A DNA stretch of 64,000 nucleotides, taken from contig NC_045696.1 in assembly GCF_009834535.1 (NCBI RefSeq), positions 49,230,001 to 49,294,000 of the forward strand, read 5' to 3'. The translations under genes were made by a program, and so were the position numbers. The notes below the pieces were generated by a model that had not been told where the DNA came from, searched no databases, and was given only the letters and a program-made list of their open reading frames with translations. Source of the stretch: Camelus ferus. Its lineage: Eukaryota. This document shows positions 51,845 to 64,000 of the stretch, in pieces. How positions within the stretch are numbered: position 1 is the first letter of the stretch; every line of letters begins with the position of its first letter.

Positions 51845-52709
51845 TGTCATAAACCCATTGAGTGCCTGTCGGGTATGAGAACTCAGGAGGCAGGACTCAG
51901 TCTGCCCAAGCTGATCAAGCAGAAAGGTTCTCCCTGAGAAGCCAGACGCTGTGAGGGAGGCCCTGGGGAGCCGGTGGGACTGGAAGGAGCCATCAGTCTT
52001 GTGAGCTGCTTCTCTAGTGCTTTAGAAATAATGAGTCTGCCCAGTGGGATGTGACTAAATGGCTTAAAGTTATCAAGCTGAGTGCCAGCCGAGGGCCCGT
52101 CCCCACTAAACAAACCTGCCAGCAGCCCCCACACAAAACCCCCCAAACAAGATGAATGGTCAGGTCACCTTGGAACTCCACCAAAGCTTCTCCCTCTGCC
52201 AGGATGATGCGTCAGGTGTCTGCCATCCTGAGATAATGATAGAAGCAGTTACAAGCTAATGGGGTGGACCCTGGGCCAACTACAGTGCTGAGTGTTTTAG
52301 TACATCTTCCCTGGTAAGCCTCACGACAGTTCTAGGCAGTGGCTGATTTCACACATGGGGAAGTTGAGATTCAAAAAGGAAAACAATTCAGAGAGCGAGT
52401 AGCAGGTCCCAGCTCTTTCTCACCCCAAGCCCATGTTCTTATCGTGGCTCTGATATGAATTTGCCTTGGCCATCCTTTACCGACTGCAGAAATGATCCAC
52501 ACAGGGGCTCATTCTCCTGCAGAGAGGACATCTGTAAGCATCACATTTGACAGCATAGCCCAGCCCACCAGACCTTAAAGTTGTTCTGTCCTAGAGGAGG
52601 CAATGAATAGGAAACTTATTTAAAAATTTGAAAGATCTGTAATCGTCTGTGTTCCTAGTACCCTAGCAACAATTATGTGAGGGCATGCTTCATTAATAAA
52701 TACAAGAAT

Positions 52710-52928
52710 GACAATATCCAGCATTTTATAATATGTAATAGTTTACTCCCATGTGTTATCTTCATTTATCCTCACAATTATTTGTGGAATATGTAGAAGA
52801 GATATTTTGACACTGAGGCTGAAAAGTGAAACCGAACTTGTCCAAAGTCAGGCTGCTAAAATGTGGTTGAAAACTCATCCCTGTGGGTCCTGACTCCACG
52901 ATCTGTGCTCTTTCCCTGAGGCCATTAC
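52710..52928 (-). mobile_element. MIR SINE
   Basis: ttatcttcatttatcctcacaa...cactgaggctgaaaagtgaa...cttgtccaaagtca...cctgactccacgatctgtgctctttcc. Confidence 0.7.
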
Positions 52929-54149
52929 TGTGGCAGCAGATACGCCCGCATGTGGCGGTGGTGTCCCAATCACAGGTCATCATCTTGGGGGGACGTACTG
53001 CAGGGACACAGAACCCAGGATAGCCGGCATGATACATGTGGTCTTTAAACTTACGAGTTCCATCTGTATAGACCTAATAAGGTGTGTTCACAGAAATTAT
53101 CTCGTCATACACAGCAATCTTGTGAGGCGACACCGAAGCCACTCCACTTGCCACAGGGTGACTCTCAGGCACTTGAAATGTGGCCAATCCAGATTGAGAT
53201 GTAAAGTGAGGCTTTAGGTGAGAAGCTTACTGGGGAAAGGGTTTAACTGAACCAAACAGCAAATAGAAGCTCTAATAAGCTCTCTCATCCTTTCAGTTAA
53301 ACATATTTCTAAAGTCAGATTGGAATTCCTCTTTATGTTGGTTCTGGCTGAGGTCCGTTAATGAAACTCAGATTATCTTTTCTCCCCTTTGTTTCCCAGC
53401 ATTTTGTTGAGGATTTTTCTTTCTCGGAGCCCCTAAGTATTGCTGGAGACCGTCTAAATCCTCCTTTCCCTTTCCTTTTCCTCTTCTCCTGCCACCTCCG
53501 CTTCCCTCTCCTCCTTCCCCACCTTTCCTCTCCTTATCATTTCCTTGCCATCTCCCCTGGCTTTCAGCTGCTGGTTTCAGCTGCTTGCTTTTGCGCTGGG
53601 ATCTCTGGGCTTGGATGAGTCTGTTTTAGCACAATATTTGTGCACAGTGTCTAAGACCTGAAGTGCGCTCCTCGGAGGAGGGTGCCTCTGTCTTGATGTC
53701 TCCTTCGGCATGGCAGAAGCAGGAGTGCAGCTGTGGGGACTTGCACATTCTTGTGCTGGAGCCCAGGCTAGTGAGACAGTCTCCAGTATCAAGTGGGCAT
53801 TCTTCCCAGGGATACCATCTCAGCCAAATTACAGGCTTTTCCTCTCTCAGCATTAAGTTATTATTATTTTTTAGCCTCTTGCCTCTCCTTAAATCCAACA
53901 TTATCTTATAGCCATCTGGGGAACTAAGCCTTTATTTTGCAGTTTGCAGAAAATTTTGGTAAGAGCTTGGTATAGAACTCATAATCACTTTATAAACCAG
54001 GTTGTTAGGATGGCAAAAACTGGTGTTTTCAAACAAAAGCCAAGTAGCCAATAGATTGTGTTTGAGGAGTAGTTGGCCAGTAGGAAGTATAGTGTCGTGT
54101 GGCTTTTGAGGATAGAATTCTGTGTCTGTATTTTCTCATGCTCTATTTG

Positions 54150-55100
54150 TTTTTAAATGTATTTATTTTTTTAGGGCAGTTTTAGGTTCACAGCAATACT
54201 GAGCAAAAGGTTCTGAGATTTCCATTTCCCCCTCCCCCCTACGTGCATAGCCTCCCCCGTCATCAGCATGCCCACCAGATAGTAGTTCTGTTGCAGTCGA
54301 CGAACCTTCATTTATGTGTCGTTATTGCCCAGAGTCCATAGTTGTATTAGGTCACTCTTTGTGCTGTACCTTCTATGGGCCTGGAAAAGGGTATAGAGAG
54401 ATATATCCACCATTATAGTATCAAACAGAATATTTTCATTGACCTAAAAATCTTCTCTGCTTTACCTCTTCATCCCTTCCTCTCCTCAACCCCAGCAACA
54501 CATTGATCTTTTTTATTATCTCTGTACTTCTGCCTTTCCCAGAATGTCATATAGTTGGAATCATACAGATTATGATTATTATTATTTTCAGATGAGCTTC
54601 TTTCACTTATTATGTCTTTTTGTGCCTTGATAGCTCATTTCTTTTTAGTGCTGAATATTTCATGGTCTGGTTATAACGCAGCTTATCCTTTCATCTACTG
54701 TAGAACATCTGGGTTGCTTCCACGTTTTGGCAATTATGAATAAAGCTGCTGTAAACGTCTGTATGCAGATTTTGGTGTGGACATACGTTTTCAACTTTGG
54801 GTAAATACTAAAGATTGCTGGGGCATATGTTTGGTTTTGTAAGAAATGATCAAACTGTCTTCCAAAGTGGCTGCTCCATTCTGCATTCCCACCAGCAACG
54901 CAGGAGAGTTCCTGTTGTGCCACACCCCTGCCAGCATTTGGTGGTGTCGGTGTTCTGGACCTTGCCCTTTCTCATAGGTGTGGTGGTGTCTTGTTTTAAT
55001 TTGGATTTCCCTGATGACGTACGATGTGGAGCGTCTTCTCACAGGCTTATCTGACATCTGTATATTTTCTTGGGTGAGGTACCTGTTAAGGTTCTATTGT
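54150..55100 (-). mobile_element. LINE-1 3' end and ORF2 C-terminus (L1MC/MB-like)
   Basis: ttagggcagttttaggttcacagcaa.... ORF 54660-54923 contains KTYVHTKIC..TFTAALFIIAKTWKQPRC. Confidence 0.9.
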
Positions 55101-55285
55101 TTTAAAAAATAAAGCTTTCTCTTTAGTATACAGCAATATGTGTTTGAAACTAACCAGCAGTTTCCCATCTCATTCTACACTTTTACAATTCAGATGAGGA
55201 TGTGGCTTGCTGGGGCTTAGTTTGAGTCAAGAACCCAGAGATCCTAATATCTGTCAACATTCTTTAATCAGAAGCAAGCAGACTG

Positions 55286-55760
55286 TGTATCAGTCAGGGG
55301 GTTTGGTCAGTGAAAAGAAGTTGCTCCAGGTATCTGAAGTAGGAAAAGTTTGAATAAAGGGAACATGAGTCGGCATAATTGGAGCCCGAGGTTGAGAGGC
55401 TGGGAGAGTGAAGGCAAGCAAGACTGCTGCCCAGAAACCAGCAAGAACAGGCTTACAAGAAGCCGTCACCGTGGCCTCAGCTGACTTCTGTGTGGAGAGG
55501 TGAGCGCCCCTCAGGAGGAAGCCTAAAAGCCTCAGGTGAATCCCCAGCCATGTCTGTCATCTGCTGACACCACATCCTGGTCTGCAGCTGCCACTTAGGG
55601 AATAGCAGGCTCTTCTCTTCTGTCCTCAGAACCTCACACGAGTGCTTCACCCTGGCCGAATCTAACTGGGTCCACTGGCAGGGCTGGGAACTGTAGCTCT
55701 CCTCCCCACAGTACAGAGGAGAGCTTAGAAAGGTAGGAAGGGCCTGATTTTCAGCAAACA
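55286..55760 (-). mobile_element. Old ERVL-type solo LTR (LTR33/LTR41-like)
   Basis: tgtatcagtcagggggtttggtcag...ctccaggtatctgaagtaggaaaag...ctggccgaatctaactgg...gggctgggaactgtagct. Confidence 0.55.
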
Positions 55761-57329
55761 AGATCCAGCAGAGATTGTTCATTCATGAATTAGGGAATTT
55801 GTGGTGAGTACAGTCTATTCCTGCCGATCATAAGCCACCTGGCATACGGCAATGGCAAATTTTAAAATCTGAACCTAGGGTTAGCTAGGGGGAGTCACTA
55901 GATCCACCCTACATGCTTCTTCTTTGCCCCACGTAGCATTTCCAAATGTGCCTCTGGAATGAGTGTCTAGGAGCGTGCCAGGTGACTGGATTCTCATGTC
56001 CTCAAATTGCAGTGTATTTGTTTTTCCTTCACTGGAAGACCCAAGAGATGCTTCCCCCCGCCCTCTTGCACTACTCCATCCCCAGACAAGTGTGCTTCTC
56101 CCACCTGGCCCTGCTCTGGGTCTAACCGTGGCTACAGTTGCTTGCAGGTGTGCCTGCAGCCAAAGGGCCAGTGTCCCTGAGCATCCAGGTCTCAGCTCTT
56201 CCCTGACAGCCCAAACACAGCCTGAGAGGGGAGGGCAGAAAGGAGTGCTGTGCCAGAGGGAAGCCTTGATAATACTCCAGTGGGGTCGGAGCAGGCGAGG
56301 TAAATATTGTCCTGCCTCCCCATTAGAGCAGAAATGAGGCAGAACGACTTGCTATCGATGGCATGGTTGCCATGGTCCTTGCTACCTCTCCTGGCAAGTC
56401 AGCAGCACCTGGCCGGGAATAGATCTTGGAAAGATGGCTCCTATTCCGTTCTGCTCTGACACATTGGTCTCAGCTAGTTTGGGGCACATCACTGCAAACC
56501 AGTGTTCAAAAATAGAACCAGCCTCATCTAGGAGTTACTCAGAGGCCTTTTTCAGTCTGTTACGTCATTTTGAAAAGCCTTCCGACAGATACATTCGTAT
56601 AGTTGGCTGGAGATTGGGAAGTCAGGCCAGTGAAAGGAGATCTCATGAACTCCTGGGTCACAGAAGCATGAAGATAGTGCCACCCTTGTTAGCCAGCAGT
56701 GGTCCAGTCACAGCTCAGAGCATCAGAGCGTCATATTTCTCTTCCAGCACACCCACACAGCACATTTCCCCCCACCCCAGTGGTGACTCCATGAACTTCC
56801 ACTTCCCTGTCTGACATCACCACCGATCACTTAGAAATCCCCTGAGACACGCCATGGACTTGAATTTTATGCAAAGTGTCAAATTCTTTCTCTTACCACA
56901 AACACTATAGGACTCTTTGGATACATCTCTTGGTTAGATATTTGACTCTTCGGAATCCTAGTCAATGTAAAGAAATCAGAAATTTCATAGACAAGGATGT
57001 AATACTCTCTCACACTCCCATAATTACTGTCAACACAATCTAAGAATTTCACTGAAAAAAATACTCCTTCCATGTGTGGCCTTTTGATTCAGGAACTGAC
57101 TTCACTTTCTTCATTATGTCTCCTTGGTGACTGCAGAATCACTAATTTTATGCTCTGTGCTGTACCCTGTTCCCCTCTGATTCCTGGGGACCCTTTCCTC
57201 CACACTGAGGCTCTCATGCTCCACAATCATCAGCTTCCCTCCTGCCCTCCACGCCCACCCCACAGACTCCTGCCCTGTGCTTCCAAATATGCACAAGCCT
57301 CTTTGATTGGGATGTGATCTTTGAATATC

Positions 57330-58760
57330 CTTCTAACAATTATCCTTTTTATTTTAACCTGACTGCTTCTCAACTAAGTGATCTCTATTTATCAGTGCAT
57401 TTCCTAACCCTTTCCGCTGTTTTTATTCCTTGAAATCTAGTTTTTGCACTTGCAATTTTCCTGAAACATTATTGTTCATTCTTAAAGATCTCTAGTGACT
57501 ACCTTGTTTCCAAATTCAATAGTCTTTTTTTCCTATGTCATCTCTGATGTATTTGCTACAGTCAGCTATCCTGATGCTTAGCCGTAGCTGCATAACAAAC
57601 TGACCCCACACCCAATGATGTAAAACAACCATCAAATGTTACTGCTGGCACATTTTGTGGGTTGTTAGGATTTGGCTGATAGAGGATGGGTTTCACTGGT
57701 GGCTCTTGCTTCAGGCTGTGGTTGCTGGGTGGCTGGGCTGGACACGAAGGTCAGCCAGTGGGGCTCTCCTCCACGTTGCTCTCAGCCTCTTCCTGTGATC
57801 AGGGAGCAAGTTGGGGCAAGTTCTTCTCAGGGTAATGGCTGAGACACAGGACGCTGAGTGGAAACATGTAAGGCTTCTTAAGGCCTAGACCTGGAGCTGG
57901 CACCCTGTCCCTTCTTCCCACGTGCTCTTCCAGAAGAAGTCACGTGGGTAAACCCAGCATGAGTACATTCACTTCTGAGGAGGACATGGCAAAGGCTGGA
58001 TGTAGAGAACTGAAGCCAGTCAGTCAGTTCTCTGAGACCGACTCCTATTCTGGCTTTGGTGACTCTGCACTATTCTGAGACTCACTCAAGGTTTCTGGTG
58101 ACCTTTCACTGGATCCTCCAATTATAGCTTTTCAGCAATATGCTGTTTCCTGTCCTGTGCTCAACTGTTATCTGTAAGATCTTTAAATTCAGTTATTACC
58201 TCAATATTGAAGTACCTCTCAGATCTGTCCCCTAAGCCCTATTTTCTTGCCAGTTTTGGTTTGTTTCCTCTACTGAGATTTTAGTTTTTATAATTCACTA
58301 TCACCTTATATTCAACAAATCTAAAAAGAATTCACATAAAAGCATCTTTTCCTCTCACTTCCTTTTGACCCTTGTCAGTGGTACCACATGACACTGGAGT
58401 TGTCATTTTTCCTTCTGTATCCTTCACACTCCTTATCATGGACCACAATAGATGTTAACAAATTCTCTTAAGAAATGACTCTCCTTATCCTCCCAAGTGG
58501 CTTCTGTTTTCCTTACCCTTTTCCGACATCGAGTCAAGAAGGGGCAACACACGGTGAGCCTTTCCATGGAGCTCCCTTCTCTGAAATCTTCCGATTTCTT
58601 TGGTTTTCTTTGCATTTGAACTCCAAATCGATTTCGAATCTGTGCTACAGAAGTTATGAATATTATCCATGATCAATTTATCAATTTAGTGATCTCTGGT
58701 ATAATTTGTTTTGTTCAATTTGTATACATCTACTCTCCCCAAATAGATTGTAACCCAAGG
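57330..58760 (+). mobile_element. Degenerate LINE-2 (fragmented)
   Basis: tgaaatctagtttttgc...ccaaattcaatagtc before the LTR; ...ctccccaaatagattgtaac at the end. Confidence 0.55.
57557..58030 (-). mobile_element. MLT1 (H/I-like) LTR nested in a LINE-2
   Basis: cagtcagctat...gctgcataacaaac...aaaacaacc...ggcttcttaaggcctagacctggagctggcac...aagtcacgtgg. Confidence 0.75.
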
Positions 58761-58985
58761 AGGCAGTGTATTGCACTGAGGAATGCAGAATTTAGAGACA
58801 GACAAACCTGGTTTGAGTTATGTTTGGCTTCTGACTACCTGTATGCCTTGAGAAAATTACTTAAACTCATTGAGCATCAGTTTTCTCATCTATAAAAATT
58901 ATTTACACTAAAGAATCTCAGGAAGAAATGAAAGAGGTCATGTATGGAAAGCACTTAGCACAGAACAAGCTCTCAGTCATGCTTT
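58760..58985 (+). mobile_element. MIR SINE
   Basis: gaggcagtgtatt...gacaaacctggtttgag...ccttgagaaaattacttaaactcattgagcatcagttttctcatctataaaa...gaaagcacttagcacag. Confidence 0.85.
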
Positions 58986-59924
58986 GGTTTTCTTCCTATT
59001 TTCCTTTTTTCTCCTGTGACTTCCTGTTTCTGTTTCATATTACTGTGTTCTGTTTACACGTTTTCAATCATTCTCCTTAATTCTAAAGCAACTTCCTCAA
59101 ATTTAGAAATCCATGTCATTTGTATCTCTTAGTTACTTGCACGTGTGGAAGGTGTAAATCCTGTGGTCTGAAGTCTTTATCTGTGAGATAAAAAAGTCTT
59201 TTCCTCCAAAGTTCCTAGGAAAGAGAGCCTGCTTGTATTAGTAGAGCCCAGGGAATTGTGAGCAAACTGCAGTTTCTGTTGAATGTTCCTAGTTACCCTG
59301 TTTTGGATAACTTTTTTCCTACCCTGTTCAGGAATCCAGTCACTTTTCTCCTATAAAACATTTTCTCATAGTGTGTCTAATATTGGTCATTTCTCACTCA
59401 GTGTGATTTTTAGCCTGGGTATTTATTTTCCAGGCCCCTTCCTAGTGATTAATTAATTACATAATTAATTTTGCTGTTATCAGTGGCTTTTGTCTCCTTG
59501 CAGAAATTACATTACTCCAGGACAGTGGTGAATTCGGTCCAAAAGATACCCAACCTTCTCACTCTGTTCCATGCGCTAGAATGTAATAGTGCTCCTTTCT
59601 TACTATCAGCAATTTAAGAAAATGCTCTTTTCCCTGTGACTTGGATGAAAGCTTCCTGTCTGGTTGGTAGTTTTGTAGCTGAAACTGAAGAGGGAAAAAT
59701 AGAATTTAAAATGCTATTATTAGGATAGAACAGATAGAACACTGAAATCAAGCTAATAAGGTAAAATCCAAGAGATAAAGACCTATGTTTAGTACCAAAT
59801 AAGCTTGACCTTATAATATTACACACAACAAAAACAAAAGCAAGCAAACGAAAAACCATAACACATTGGGATTCTATGTTGGTAAAAGTACAGAGTCACT
59901 CTTTGTTAGTTGGAAATCTTAGTC

Positions 59925-60235
59925 CCATTTTACTAGCTGCATCTGGAATACTGAGTTAATTCTGCATAACACACTCCAGAAAGATTACTGGCAAACGGGG
60001 AGCCATTAGAGGAGGGCAGTTAGGGAATGAAGGGTATGGAAACCCTTCATGCCAGGAGGCACAGTACAGAGCTGCCCCTGAGTGTCGGGAAGTCTGCCTC
60101 TTTGGATAGACAATAGCCTTGCTTTATTCTGTCCCAGAGGACAGAACCAGAAATGGAAGGTTTGCCTTGTAAAGTACTAAGTTTCCTGAGTTTTCCTGAA
60201 GTTTCAAGCTAGGGTTCAGTGGTCACTTGAAAATG
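59925..60235 (+). mobile_element. L3/CR1 LINE fragment
   Basis: catctggaatactgagttaattctg...ggagccattagaggagggcag...gggtatggaaacc resembles the CR1/L3 ORF2 3' region. Confidence 0.55.
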
Positions 60236-60239
60236 ACAA

Positions 60240-60490
60240 TGACCACTCACATTTACTCATTACCAGGCACTAGTGTAAGTGAGTACTGTTGACATGTGTG
60301 TATATTTTATATCTACATAGTATACATTATATAGATATAGATTAATTCTCACAACTCTAAAAGTCAGGTATTATAGTTATTCCCATTTTAGAGATGAGGA
60401 GACAGAGGCTCAGAGAGTTTGTTGCACAAGGTCACATAGCTAATTAGGAGCAGAGCTAAGGTTTGTATCCAGGCAGTGCAGTACCATTCT
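60240..60490 (-). mobile_element. MIR SINE
   Basis: tcccattttagagatgaggagacagaggctcagagag...caaggtcacatagctaatt...tccaggcagt. Confidence 0.85.
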
Positions 60491-60899
60491 GTTTCTAAAA
60501 GGTGTTCCAGGTGGGGTTTCCATATGGGATGTGCATTTAGCTGCATGTGCTCTAAGTTCCCTTTCATCCCTAAATCTTTTTCATAGACGTAGTCCTTTCC
60601 CTATAAGTAACAGTTAAAAATCTACATATGCTTCATATGTGCTTTGGATAGTTTTGTAGATTTATTTGAATCCAGTGTATTTTAAGTGTTACCTGGAGGT
60701 AGAGCAAAAATAACATAAAAATTAGGGCATACAAATGATGTCTTCTTTCTTGGGAAGCAATGGCACATCTAAGTGGGTTATAATATACCTCTCTTTTTTC
60801 TTGAATTATTCAATAAACCCTGGAGTTCTTTCTAAATCTCTGGGAGTTATTAGAGTTGCTCTGATTTATTCAGATGGGAGAATAGAAAGAAGGGACCTC

Positions 60900-61100
60900 A
60901 GTATTTGGTGAGCATTTTCCAGGTGCCAAGAACTGCGTCTGGTGATTTATGTATGTTTACAATAAGATAATGAGCTAGGCATCATTCCCATTTTATAAAT
61001 GAGTAAACCACAGGTCAGAGGAATTACCCACCTAACACCACTAGTAAGTTGCAGAGAATATTTGGTGCCAAAACATGCTTTTCTAACTCTGCTATATTGC
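60900..61100 (-). mobile_element. MIR SINE
   Basis: attcccattttataaatgagtaaaccacaggtcagaggaattacc...ctagtaagttgcagag. Confidence 0.7.
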
Positions 61101-61369
61101 TTCTCAGTCTCAAACACTTGGAAGCCACTGTGAGTTTGGCCAAGTTCAAGAACACAATGGGGAGTCAATATACTTGTTACCTTGTTACTGTCTTTCTACA
61201 CTGACATGCTCACATCCTCTCTTCTATCCAGAACTTTTGAGAAATTAGGGGAAGGAGGAGTGTCTCAGAGTCTGGGCATTCAGAGGGAAGAATTCTTACA
61301 TCGGGTTTGGGTGTGCGACAAAGCTTTTTGCTTTTACTGTTCACTGCTTATTCTACCATTGCCACCAGT

Positions 61370-61610
61370 CACAGCTAAATTTTATGTAACTCTACTAAAT
61401 TTTAGGCATTCTGTATTCATATACACCTCAGATCTCATTCTCACAACAAATCTGTGAAGTAAATATTAATAGTCTCATTTTACAGATGAGAAATAAAGAC
61501 TCAGTGAGAGAAACTAGCTTTCTCAGAGTCAGAAACTGGAGTGGTGGGAAGAGAACTTAAACTCAGCTCTGCCTGACTCTGAAGTCCATGCTATTTCCAC
61601 TACACAATGC
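61370..61610 (-). mobile_element. MIR SINE
   Basis: ctcacaacaaatctgtgaagta...cattttacagatgagaaataaagactcagtgag...ctctgcctgactctgaagtccatgct. Confidence 0.85.
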
Positions 61611-61784
61611 TTTATTTAAAATACCTGAAGCTCCCTCCAAAAGATTAGAAAAGACCTGTACCCCAAACCAATTGCAAAATTCCATAGGCGGGCAGGAACC
61701 TATTCCTCATCTGAGGTTCCATCCAAAGATTCCTTCTACTACTCAAAGTAGCCCACTACCACTAATCTAGTATACTTGCAAGTC

Positions 61785-62325
61785 ATAGAAATGAAACTGA
61801 CTTTGTATGTTAATTTTGTATTCTAAACCTTTACTGAATTTGTTTATTAGTTCTGATACATTTGTGTGTGCCTGTGTATGTGTGGAGTCTAAAGTTTTTT
61901 ACATAAGAAGATCATGTCATCTATAAGTAGAAATAACTTCTTTTCCAGTTTGTATCTGTTATAATTTCTTTTTCTTGACTAACTGCTGTGGCTAGGACTT
62001 CCTGTACTGTGTTAAATATAGGTAGCAAGAGTGGGTATCCTTATCTTGTTCCTGATCTTAATGGAAAAGCTTTTAGTTTTTAGCATGATGTTAGTTGTGG
62101 ACTTTTCATATATGGCCTTTATCATGTTGAGATAAGCTCCTTCTGTACCTAGTTGAAAGTTTTTATCGTGAAATGGTGTTGAATTTTGTCAAATGCTTTT
62201 TCTGCATCTATTGAGATGATCATGTGGTTTTCTTTCTGTTAATGTGGTGTATCCTATTAATTAATTTGCATATGTTGAGCAATCCTTGCATACTAGGAAA
62301 AAACCCCCACTTGATCACTGAATGG
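61785..62325 (-). mobile_element. LINE-1 ORF2 (RT region) fragment, inverted part
   Basis: aagagtgggtatccttatcttgttcctgatctta...aaatgctttttctgcatctattgagatgatcatgtgg, typical antisense ORF2. Confidence 0.9.
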
Positions 62326-62331
62326 TCCTAA

Positions 62332-62527
62332 CCTGTTAGAAATAATAAACAAATACAGTAAAACTGCAGGATGCAAAATCAACATGAAAAAAATCAATTG
62401 CCTTTCTATACACTAATAAGGAGTTCATCATTTCCAAAAAGAAAATTAAGAAAATAATCCCATTTACAATATCAAAAAGAATAAAATACTTAGGAATAAA
62501 CTCAGCCAAGGAGGTGAAAGACTCTGG
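62332..62527 (+). mobile_element. LINE-1 ORF2 fragment, sense part
   Basis: ctgttagaaataataaacaaatacagtaaa (LLEIINKYSK)...aaaatacttaggaataaac...aaggaggtgaaagac. Confidence 0.9.
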
Positions 62528-63499
62528 CAGAAGCAGGAGAAGGGGAGAGGTGAAAGCAAAGGTGGATGGCATAGTTTGAGTGATGTTCCAGGATGTAAGT
62601 CATTAGTGGTTTCACAGGCATTCATTTTATTATTATATTCTATAACGTTACATTCTTTAGTAAGTATCAAATATTGCATAATAAAAAAGTGAATATAGAA
62701 AAAAGAAGTCACCTTATTGGGTCTAAGGTTGGATTAGGCCAGGGATTGACCAGCCTGACTGCACGTTGGAGCCACGGAAGGAAGAGTCAGATCTCCTGAG
62801 TCAAAATCTCAGCTATAAGTTTCATTCATGCAGGGGTATGTGAGTCATTTACTTCTGTGTCCTTGCACCTGTACCAATGCCGGAAACCTTTTGGTGACTA
62901 TATGTTACATGAATGAATGCATGAATAGGACAGCAGTCCACATTTCAGTAAACTTCCCATGTGATCTGCTAGTTAGTCCACTAAAAAGGACTGCCATCTT
63001 CGTCTTTTACAAGCCGCGGATTCTTTCTCCTGACGAACGACTTGGGAGTCATCACACAAAAGCCCACTTCATGCATAAGGAACAAACGTGTATCATCACC
63101 TCCAAGGAAACCTTAAAGAAAGGAGATAGACACCCTGGGAGAGGTAATGTGAGGTGGGCAGGCTGCCAGAGTGTGGCAGGTGGCCAGTGTACAGCCTCAT
63201 GGTGGCTGAGGCCTGAGGAAGAGAGAAACGGTGGAACAGAGGAGGCTCCAGAGCCTGACCTGACAAGGGAGACACCCTCTCCTGAGCCATCACCCCATTC
63301 CTTCTCCAGTGCCAGCTGACTTTGCCCAGCAACACTCTCTCTCAGTACCCACCTCCTCAGGACACTTTTCTGAAAGTGTGTTCTCTCCTCTTTTCTTAGT
63401 AGAAACACTTAGAAAGGGGTGCTCAGCTCAGTCTACATCAGCAAGTCATCTCTGTGTGCTGCCGAGTGGCACCATCCTGTGGGCAAGATCCAGAGTTTC

Positions 63500-64000
63500 T
63501 GTATTAGCTATCTATTGGTGCATAACAAATGACCCCAAAGCTTAGTGGCTTAAAAAAACAAAATATTTATCTCACAATTTCTATAGGTTAGGAGTCTGGG
63601 AGCAACTTAGCTGGGTAGCTCTAGATCAGTATCTCTCATGAAGTTACAGCCAAGCAATCAAGTCTGCAGGTTCTGAGGCTTAGCTGGGGCTGAAGGAAGC
63701 ACTTCCCAGCTCAGTCCCATGGCTCTTCGATTCCTCACTACGAAGACCTCTCCACAGGGCTCTTCTCTATGGTTTCCCCCAGAGCAACCAATACGAGACC
63801 GAGAAAGAGAGAGAGAAAACCTAAGATGGAAGGTTTTGTTTTGGTTTTTGGAACAACCTAATTTTGGAAATGACACCGTCACTTTTGTTATATGCTGTTG
63901 ATCACCCAGACCAACCCCGGTAAAAGGTGGGAGGGGACCATAGAGGGCGTGCGTTCCAGGAGCAGGGATCATTGGGGCCATCTCTGAGGCTGGCTACCCC
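63500..64000 (-). mobile_element. MaLR solo LTR (MLT1F-like), runs to window end
   Basis: tgtattagctatctattggtgcataacaaatgaccccaaagcttagtggcttaaa...ggggccatctctgaggctggctacc. Confidence 0.88.

Noticed and set aside
62828..63408. Overlapping 163-aa and 118-aa ORFs and nearby TGAGTCA (AP-1) motifs
   Set aside because: No recognisable homology or exon structure, and short motifs are expected by chance in 64 kb.
1..64000. tRNA, rRNA, snRNA genes, processed pseudogenes or NUMTs
   Set aside because: None recognised by eye; an Infernal/Rfam, tRNAscan-SE and blastx search would be needed to exclude degenerate copies.

Overview
Mammalian genomic DNA, not prokaryotic. The young L1 3' ends and the lack of any recognised Alu, B1/B2, Bov, PRE, ERE or Can-SINE suggest a camelid, but this is an inference. 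The only supportable protein-coding sequence is the last two exons of the beta-type splice isoform of NECTIN3 (PVRL3) on the + strand: 16271-16333 (TEHLPLQTQFKEREVGSLQHS) and 17145-17324 (NGLNSRRFDYED...VYINPREHYV*). The ORF track does not call either as an exon. A probable 3' UTR ends near ATTAAA at 18093. Positions 1-16270 are inferred intron, and the rest is intergenic sequence rich in repeats (L1, L2, L3/CR1, MIR, MLT1/MaLR, an ERVL gag relic, an ERV1-like LTR, hAT and Tigger DNA transposons). I found no convincing new multi-gene system. The most notable unexplained items are: a CpG-rich solo LTR at about 43 kb with NF-kB, NRF1, E-box and CCAAT motifs; an orphan CpG-rich patch at about 35 kb with a TATA box and splice donor; two spaced local duplications (about 170 and 140 bp); a twin-priming-type inverted L1; and SH2-type tyrosine motifs in the nectin-3 beta tail. 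Repeat family names are from recognition of consensus sequences, not a database search, and repeat boundaries are approximate unless TSDs or TIRs are quoted.
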